Assembly (NCBI RefSeq): GCF_001194135.2
Contig: NC_068982.1
Coordinates: 2,101,576 to 2,165,575, forward strand
Direction of reading: 5' to 3'
Source of the DNA: Octopus bimaculoides
Taxonomy: Eukaryota
Length of the DNA stretch: 64,000 nucleotides
The notes under the pieces were generated by a model. It did not search any database and was not told the DNA's origin. It was given only the letters and a program-made list of their open reading frames with translations. Below are positions 55,854-64,000 of this stretch, piece by piece. A program made the position numbers and the translations under genes. Numbering within the stretch: position 1 is the first letter of the stretch; each line of letters opens with the position of its first letter.

Positions 55854-56354
55854 TTCAGATTTCGACAGAAATGTAAAAGACTGACAGGAATAACAAGTTC
55901 TTATTTCAATGGTATTTCAATCTACACACAATCATTTCGATGGTAGTTTTATTACGATAAAATATCTCTGTATTGTTCAGAGATATATTCGACATACGTC
56001 CTCAGTCTCAGGTACTGGACGAGTCCGTGACGAATAGTTCTGCCCACTTGCGAGCATTTTGGACTTGCGCAGCTGCTGCTACCGCCAAGCCCGAAGGGGT
56101 TTTCTCGAATCACAAATTTTCCCCGAGAAAATAGACGCTGCTGGGAACTGGTTTATAATTGTACAACCCTCTACTTCGGATTTTCCAAATCTTATAAGTC
56201 TGATATTGCCCACTGTTCTTTGGATATCTGTAAAACTGAAACGATCTATGTAGAAAATCTTTGAATTATTTACAACCGGTTCATTTTACAATTGTACGTT
56301 TTTGCAACAACAGATGAACTGTTTTGAAGTTTAACTAGCTTTAACCTGAACTAA

Positions 56355-56423
<69 letters not shown>

Positions 56424-56684
56424 CAGCAACATCTGCAGCAGATGTACAGAAGGTAACTGGCCGGATCTCTACCTCGTCGGAATAAAAGTTTTAAAGACAT
56501 TTCTTCAGGCTCTCTATATTCAGAAACCTTAACAATTTTGTATTCATGCACATCACTGCTTAGCTCTGTCATCAAGAATTTTATTTACAACAGAACTCTG
56601 AATAGCACAAACAGACATTAAACGATGAAGAGAAATGCGGGACCTGTCTCATGTGTCATTTGACAGGTTGTGGCTTTCCGATCT

Positions 56685-56732
56685 CTGCTGCTGAAGAGGA
56701 GATAACCAATCCGAAATGCATGCGTCCAACAG
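56685..56732 (+). ncRNA. minimal type I hammerhead ribozyme motif
   Basis: CTGCTG-CTGAAGA-GGA(gataaccaa)TCC-GAAA-TGCATGCG-TC-CAACAG: full catalytic core, 3-bp stem II, near-palindromic stem III, GUC cleavage triplet, stem I 5/6 paired. Confidence 0.7.
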
Positions 56733-57094
56733 CAGCCTGGCCAGGACGGGGATGCGTGCTGAATCGGTCAATTTACGCGTAGTTGTCTATAGCAAGACAT
56801 TTTCTCTGTGACAGAATACTGCGCGTGGCTTTCTCAGGTGTTCGAATATTCCTCAAGCATATTTGAACGGGTAACGACCGACGAATCAACTACTCTTTTC
56901 ATCAATCCATAGTCGACAAAAGCAAGTTCTCAAATAAAGGTTTGAATGGTTTAAACAGAATTGCAGACCATGATATTAAATATGGGACAATTAAATGATT
57001 GTGAATTAACAGAATCATAAAAGCATGGGCGGCCCCCTTAGTTGACAGCTAACATTTTGTTTGAAGTTTTCCTTTACCAAACCACATGATATTA

Positions 57095-57261
57095 CTTCCA
57101 ATAATCTAATATTCTCTCGAGTTCGATACGCACGCAGTCTTCCACACTTACCAGTCCTCTTACACCATTTGTTCTCATCATGTATAGGCAACCAGTGTCT
57201 GCACGTGACTGATGGGCTCCATGCATCGTTAGGAGCTTTCTTGACTTCCTGTCCATCTTCA

Positions 57262-57263
<2 letters not shown>
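57095..57263 (-). mobile_element. RLE-type (R4/Dong-like) LINE internal fragment
   Basis: KMDRKSRKLLTMHGAHQSRADTGCLYMMRTNGVRGLVSVEDC (post-RT LY.PR..GGRGL motif), starting immediately after (AAT)n. Confidence 0.8.
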
Positions 57264-57313
<50 letters not shown>

Positions 57314-57746
57314 GAGTGAGAGAACAGAGCATGCCATCAAAGTGACACTGGGGTAAAATATACGAAACCCAGTATACCTATCATGACTACCCGTCTGATA
57401 AGGGTACACCGGGTACATGCATCACAACCATATGTGTGCGACATGGTGATGTCATATCAAGATTAACAGCGTATGACTTTGCAGGTGGGGCCCAGCTAGT
57501 ATTTTCTTGTGGTCGAGTAGCCCATCCCGCTGAAAAGGTCCCTGAATAAGGGTTGTTTAAATATATTAAACGGAACATTCATGTTTCCAGAGGTGAATTA
57601 TCCAAACCCCAAAGAATTCCTCTCCACACATGGCTCTGATGCTCCCCGACTATTTCTGCTCGTGATCCGAGATGCACATATCGTCAGCCACCAACGGACG
57701 TGCTCAACTGGTTGAAGTCAAACAACTGACAAGCAAATTTGTGGTA

Positions 57747-57944
57747 GGATTGGCTGTGTGGTAAGTAGCTTGCTCACGAACCACATGGTTCCGGGTTCAG
57801 TTCCACTGCGTGGCATCTTGGAAAAGTGTCTTCTACTATAGCCTCGGGCCGACCAAAACCTTGTGAGTAGATTTCGTAGACGGAAACTGAAAGAAGTCCG
57901 TCGTATATATCTACATATGTATATATATATATATATATACATAT

Positions 57945-57994
<50 letters not shown>

Positions 57995-57995
57995 G

Positions 57996-58040
<45 letters not shown>

Positions 58041-58243
58041 TTGTGAGCCTGTGGTTGTTCCCCCAACATCACTTGACATCAGAAGGTGGTGTGTTTACGT
58101 CCCAGTAAATTAGCGCTTCGGCAAAACAAACCGATAAAGTAAGTATTCGGCTTACAAAGAGTAAGTCCTGGGGTCGATTTTCTCGACTAAAGGCGGTGCT
58201 CCAGCATGGCCACATTCAAATGACTGAAACAAGTAAAAGAGTA
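57747..58243 (+). mobile_element. full-length tRNA-derived SINE with internal microsatellite
   Basis: Head TGGCTGTGTGG...GGTTCAGTTCC, CORE-like CATCTTGGAAAAGTGTCTTCT, microsatellite, tail GGCGGTGCTCCAGCATGGCCAC...GAAACAAGTAAAAGA. GTA on both sides. Confidence 0.85.
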
Positions 58244-58399
58244 TTGAGCATAATATTTGCTTCAGCCCATCTTTTATACAAAGAGAAACGATGTACATGA
58301 TAACTTTTCGAATCATTTAAGATCAGAAGCCACGACAGCCACTGCCTGTTACTGCATCAGGAGATTGGCACTGCAGAAGGGCGTTTGCTATTATTACTA

Positions 58400-58605
58400 T
58401 TGTTAAGGCGATGACCCGGCAGAATCGATAACACAGTGAACGAAATGCTTGACCGTATTTCGCCCGTGGCTACGTTCTGCTTTCAAATACCACCGAGGTC
58501 GACTTTGCCTTTCGTCCTTTTGCGGTTGATAAATTAAGTATCAGTGAAATTCTGTGGTCGATGTAATCGACTAGTCCCCTTCCCCAAAACGTTGGGCCTT
58601 GTGCC

Positions 58606-58606
<1 letters not shown>
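58400..58606 (+). mobile_element. tRNA-like SINE copy ending in (TTA)n
   Basis: AAGGCGATGACCCGGCAGAATCG...GAGGTCGACTTTGCCTTTCGTCC...GGGCCTTGTGCC. Confidence 0.85.
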
Positions 58607-58671
<65 letters not shown>

Positions 58672-58675
<4 letters not shown>

Positions 58676-59106
58676 GTCTTTGCACAGCTTCTAACGCTGG
58701 AGATATACTACTGTGTCAGCTGTTGACTACCAGTGAACTAAGGTAACATGCCTTATTTTTCGAGCACTGTCCGGAGTATTCGAGTGATTCCAAGCAGTGC
58801 TGTTTTCTGCAAGCGCTCCACTCTTATTGTTCCATGTACTTCTCAAGATTTTTACTCACTCTTCCCAGGGCTCCAGCAATTATTGGTACTACTACCACCT
58901 TTTAGAGCGACCACAACTGCTTAACCTCCCAAGCTAACCTGTCATATCTCTCGACTTATCTTTCTTCCTTATCGCATACCTTGTTGTCAGCTGGGCATGC
59001 TATATCTATGATCCAGCATCGTTTGTTTTCTCTCTCAATTAAGACTATGTCTGGCTTCCTATTCTCTATCTCATGGTCACACTGAATCATAAAATCCCAT
59101 AGGATC
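58672..59106 (-). mobile_element. RLE-type (R4/Dong-like) LINE endonuclease domain and 3' end
   Basis: ILWDFMIQCDHEIENRKPDIVLIERENKRCWIIDIACPADNK (PD..D motif), KVVVVPIIAGALG, 3' UTR running into (TAA)n. Confidence 0.9.
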
Positions 59107-59248
59107 TCTTCTTCTTCTTCTTCTTCTTCTTCTTCTTCTTCTTCTTCTTCTTCTTCTTCTTCTTCTTCTTCTTCTTCTTCTTCTTCTTCTTCTTCTTCTT
59201 CTTCTTCTTCTTCTTCTTCTTCTTCTTCTTCTTCTTCTTCTTCTTCTT
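59107..59248. repeat. long perfect (TTC)n array
   Basis: Directly visible, ~140 bp. Confidence 0.95.
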
Positions 59249-59532
59249 TTGTTTGTTTGTTTGTTTGTCTTTTGCTTTGCATTTGTACAAGCTGGCTCCA
59301 AGTCCCAGCCACAGACCTCAAGAGACATCAAGTTAGAAGTTTTTGTTGGTGTTATGCCTAGGGTGCCATATATTTGGTTTTGTACATAGTATTGTTTCAG
59401 CGAATATTTAAGAAAATTACGAGTTTGATTTAAAATTTGAGATTACATTGACAGTATTTTACGTAGAGTCAGTTCCCATGAGCACTATCTTTTGAATTTC
59501 TGCCATTTTGGGGTTTCCTGATATCTGAGGAA

Positions 59533-59534
<2 letters not shown>
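59249..59534 (-). mobile_element. RLE-type LINE 3' end, second subfamily
   Basis: IPQISGNPKMAEIQKIVLMGT..LRKILSM* then 3' UTR. Bounded by (AAT)n at the 5' truncation and (GAA)n at the 3' end. Confidence 0.8.
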
Positions 59535-59570
<36 letters not shown>

Positions 59571-60782
59571 TGAGCTGTCGTATATCCGTTGTTTACCCTG
59601 CTGAATGATATGGAGACATCCATGCTTTTTGTATGTTTTGCGATTTTATTCGAAATAATGCACGAAATATACATTTAGCAATGAGTTGAGCAAATTCTAT
59701 GTGTTTATATGAGAAAAGATCTTGGCCAATAACATTTAGTATAAGTTTTTTTTTTTTACAAATAAACTTAAGCATGACTCTGATATGAAAATGATTATAC
59801 GTTCAAGAATATCTTTGTTGTGCTCTGATAATATAGTGGCAGAAAAAAATATTACTCTAATTCATTTGATGTGAACATGCTTTCATTTATAATGACATAG
59901 ATCTTTTTCATTGATATTTATTACATAATACATTGAATAAAGCAATTTATATGAAGATGAATGTGCATTATTTCCAATAATATGAATGCCGTACATCTGG
60001 ATAAAATCTCTGAAAAATTGAATGACTTAACCTTAGAAATCAATTTAGAGATTATTTGTAGCGTATATACCGATAATTATTATTCAAACTTTAAGCAACC
60101 GAAATATTGCTACATGGTATGTTTTTTAAGGATCAGTCAAATGTGTTTTAAGGATCAGTAAATCCAGGTATATCGGCTAACGTTAGTTCATATTCCTACC
60201 AGGTATGATTTCGCTGAAGAAATTAGATCCATACTAATAGAAAGGGTTAATGCGCTTTTTAGTGTTAATGTGTAGCTCTGTAACACAAATAAGTTGTTTC
60301 ATTTAAACGCTTTAAATCTTCACAAAGTGTTGTTATGTGAACTATAAGTATGAACATTTTAGGCTTAAAATCATGTCGATATGAGATCTTCCGCATTTGG
60401 GCAATTGTTATAGCTTTGAAATGTGTCTCCCAAATGAGCTGTTTTTCGAATTATCGTATCTTCCACGAAATTGTACATAGCTAACGGACGAATTTCAAAG
60501 GATTCACTTAAACGTACATCCTTTCAACTTAACATGCAATTCCCCTGCACGACTTCCATAGACCCGAAAGTTGATGTGAAAGAGTGTTATCAATATGGCT
60601 TTATATATTTAGATATTTGTAAATGGAGGATGTGGAAGTTTAGACTATCATTTAATAGTCGTTAACGTTTATGAGTTTTTCATAATCTAATATTCAAAGA
60701 ATGATAATTTCTTATATATGTAAATATGTCTGTTTCATGGACATAAATATTTCCTAATTATTTTCCTTACTGATGCCTTCTA

Positions 60783-60822
<40 letters not shown>

Positions 60823-61169
60823 TACGTATGTGTGTTTACATGTGTGTCTGTGTGTCTATGTGCGTCTGGTTATGTGCGTGTGTATGTCTGTGTGTATATA
60901 TACACACGCATACACACTCAAACACACAGACACAGAGTGAAACACACATATACAGAGAAGGTAGAAGAATTACAATTTGTGAAAAGTATTAAATAACTCT
61001 CTTATATTTCAATTATTCACCCAACGATGGACGTGAGGATATAATGTTATCTAAATTGAATTTTTATAAATGTTCTTGTGAATATAGTTGTGTATGTGTG
61101 TTTGTTAGTGTGTGTATAATATTGTGAAATGCTCAATTTATTGTTCAAATTACATCTTAAAATGTTGTC

Positions 61170-61192
61170 TTCTATCATTTTCTGTATTTCAG
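61170..61192 (+). other. splice acceptor preceding the bHLH coding exon
   Basis: TCTATCATTTTCTGTATTTCAG|GGAGATG: pyrimidine tract and AG at 61191-61192, ATG 4 nt downstream. Confidence 0.7.
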
Positions 61193-61196
61193 GGAG

Positions 61197-61874
61197 ATGC
61201 GTTCAAAGGTTAAAGAAATGACATCAAGCTTGGATTTCGACATTCAAGGAGAAGGGACCAATGACTCTGTTTGGGATATACCAGGGATGCGTGCAAGTGA
61301 TTACCATATGAGAAAACGAGGCGCAAAACGTGAAGGACCAAGCTCACCATCAGATTCAGGTGCAAGTTCAACTACAGAAGATTCAGTTGAATCACGGCGT
61401 GCGAAGTGTGCTCGTAAAAGCTCACGGCGGAGAAAAGTGCTCAGCGCTCGAGAGCGTAACATGCGACGTTTAGAAAGTAATGAACGCGAACGTATGCGTA
61501 TGCATTCGTTGAACGATGCATTTCAAGAGCTGCGTGAAGTGATACCTCACGTAAATCTTGATAGGAAATTGTCTAAAATCGAAACATTGACGCTAGCAAA
61601 AAATTATATAAAAGCATTAACTAATGTGATATGTGAAATGCGTGGCGAGCCCACGCCATATAAATTCGAATTTATTTCAGATGAGAATGATGTTACAGCA
61701 TGTGAACATACGAGCACTCACAACAAAGACACGTGCGAGTCTTGTATCAAAAGAGCTAAGCAGAAAAAAGAAAAAACAAGTACGATAAAAGAACAAGATT
61801 CGCAGGGTATAAGCATTTCGCATAACGAGGAAGAGGAAGTGAATAAAGAAAAAAGTAATCTATGTGTTTGCTGA
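61197..61874 (+). CDS. dimm: dimmed/Mist1 (BHLHA15)-like atonal-superfamily bHLH transcription factor, 225 aa
   Basis: [52 protein letters not shown] (~61464-61622) is the Dimmed/Mist1 bHLH signature. Intact ORF with a basic NLS-like stretch before the domain and AATAAA at 61908-61913. Confidence 0.93.
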   Translation: MRSKVKEMTSSLDFDIQGEGTNDSVWDIPGMRASDYHMRKRGAKREGPSSPSDSGASSTTEDSVESRRAKCARKSSRRRKVLSARERNMRRLESNERERMRMHSLNDAFQELREVIPHVNLDRKLSKIETLTLAKNYIKALTNVICEMRGEPTPYKFEFISDENDVTACEHTSTHNKDTCESCIKRAKQKKEKTSTIKEQDSQGISISHNEEEEVNKEKSNLCVC

Positions 61875-62000
61875 AAGCTTGATTAAGAGAAATAGAATAT
61901 ATTTATGAATAAAAAAAATGTATATAATTACAAATATAGATGTGGGTATGCATATGCATATATCTGTACATAAACGTGCATAATCCTATATATATATACC

Positions 62001-62058
<58 letters not shown>

Positions 62059-62514
62059 NNNNNNNNNNNNNNNNNNNNNNNNNNNNNNNNNNNNNNNNNN
62101 NNNNNNNNNNNNNNNNNNNNNNNNNNNNNNNNNNNNNNNNNNNNNNNNNNNNNNNNNNNNNNNNNNNNNNNNNNNNNNNNNNNNNNNNNNNNNNNNNNNN
62201 NNNNNNNNNNNNNNNNNNNNNNNNNNNNNNNNNNNNNNNNNNNNNNNNNNNNNNNNNNNNNNNNNNNNNNNNNNNNNNNNNNNNNNNNNNNNNNNNNNNN
62301 NNNNNNNNNNNNNNNNNNNNNNNNNNNNNNNNNNNNNNNNNNNNNNNNNNNNNNNNNNNNNNNNNNNNNNNNNNNNNNNNNNNNNNNNNNNNNNNNNNNN
62401 NNNNNNNNNNNNNNNNNNNNNNNNNNNNNNNNNTATATATGCACACACATACATATCCTTAGCAGCGATGGCTAAAACTGACTAAAGAGCACACAGACAC
62501 ATGATATATGTGCA

Positions 62515-62556
<42 letters not shown>

Positions 62557-63591
62557 CGTACACATATATACATAAATATATGTACGTATATATGTGCATG
62601 TATGTATATATATACACTTATGTATATACATACATATATATATATATATGAGATAAATTTATTCGCCAACAGCCAGACAATTAATATTTTTAAATATAGT
62701 GTTTTCAAAAATACATGATAATAGTAATTATCATAGTAACATCATCATCAAAAAAAACAACAATAATAAAATATTAAAAATAATAAAGAGGTGGTTGAGG
62801 TGAAGGAAATGCAGGAGGTGGAGAAGGATTATGAGGATAACATGATGGAAATAATCATGACTGCCAGTAACAGTTAAACACTGTGATGAAATACTAAATA
62901 TTACAGCTAGACTGTAACAGGTGAGTGAAAGGGAAGAAAAGAATGTGTGAGAGACCGACGGATGAAAATATGGGAGAAAATAAGAAAGAATAAACGGAAT
63001 AAAAGAAACGTACCATTATTCAGTAACAATTATAACATTTAAAACACTGAAAATACCAATTCTCCAAGAGGAAAAGAAGCAGCTTACAAATATTGACGAA
63101 CGAATTATAAAATNNNNNNNNNNNNNNNNNNNNNNNNNNNNNNNNNNNNNNNNNNNNNNNNNNNNNNNNNNNNNNNNNNNNNNNNNNNNNNNNNNNNNNN
63201 NNNNNNNNNNNNNNNNNNNNNNNNNNNNNNNNNNNNNNNNNNNNNNNNNNNNNNNNNNNNNNNNNNNNNNNNNNNNNNNNNNNNNNNNNNNNNNNNNNNN
63301 NNNNNNNNNNNNNNNNNNNNNNNNNNNNNNNNNNNNNNNNNNNNNNNNNNNNNNNNNNNNNNNNNNNNNNNNNNNNNNNNNNNNNNNNNNNNNNNNNNNN
63401 NNNNNNNNNNNNNNNNNNNNNNNNNNNNNNNNNNNNNNNNNNNNNNNNNNNNNNNNNNNNNNNNNNNNNNNNNNNNNNNNNNNNNNNNNNNNNNNNNNNN
63501 NNNNNNNNNNNNNNNNNNNNNNNNNNNNNNNNNNNNNNNNNNNNNNNNNNNNNNNNNNNNNNNNNNNNNNNNNNNNNNNNNNNNNNNNNNN

Positions 63592-63630
<39 letters not shown>

Positions 63631-63969
63631 TAATTCTATATATTACATCCATCCAAAATAGAAACAAATATCTTCTAAAAGACCTCTCTCGAATGTATTT
63701 GCGAAAGATGTACCCACGTAATAATCTATGTGCATATACCTAGGTATAATTAGTAAATACAGAAATTGAATATGTAATGCTTGTATGAAACCTGAAAAGA
63801 CATGCTGCTCAAGTCCATGCTATATTTATCTGCACTCATTTGGTCTCTGTTCAAATAGATTTCTTACAGAGGAATGATATATGCTAAAATTCGAAAAGTT
63901 ATAAATCTTCAATTCTTAATGCGGTAGTTCCTTTATATACATGTGCATATATACACACACATATACATG

Positions 63970-64000
<31 letters not shown>

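Noticed and set aside
56024-56050. CTGGACGA-GTC(cgt)GAC-GAAT hammerhead-like string
   Set aside because: Extra base in the core, GAAT instead of GAAA, and no stem I or III.
61863-61874. C-terminal LCVC* as a CXC prenylation signal
   Set aside because: CXC prenylation requires the Rab GGTase/REP context and is implausible for a bHLH factor. The true C-terminus may also differ if there is further splicing.

Overview
AT-rich animal genomic DNA from a gapped draft assembly: about 17 N-runs, most bordered by (TA)n/(TG)n/(CA)n microsatellites. The SINE/LINE/microsatellite landscape resembles octopod cephalopod genomes (inferred from my recollection of these repeat families, not searched). I find only one host coding region: an exon at 61197-61874 (+) encoding a dimmed/Mist1 (BHLHA15)-type bHLH factor. 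A splice acceptor lies 4 nt before its ATG, so the preceding ~61 kb is probably intron or upstream regulatory DNA. The rest is decayed mobile DNA: two mariner pseudogenes, a possible Tc1 remnant, CR1-clade and RTE/BovB-like LINE pieces, a Neptune-like Penelope element, R4/Dong-like RLE-LINE pieces joined to trinucleotide arrays, an ORF1-only L1/Tx1-like element, an internally deleted Helitron with both termini, several MITEs and many tRNA-derived SINEs. The most notable observations are one near-intact minimal type I hammerhead ribozyme motif (56685-56732), degenerate hammerhead cores in other repeats including a tRNA-headed SINE, and recurrent microsatellite-centred fold-back inverted duplications. 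Most ORFs in the supplied track are microsatellite or gap artefacts. All alignments and folds were done by eye.
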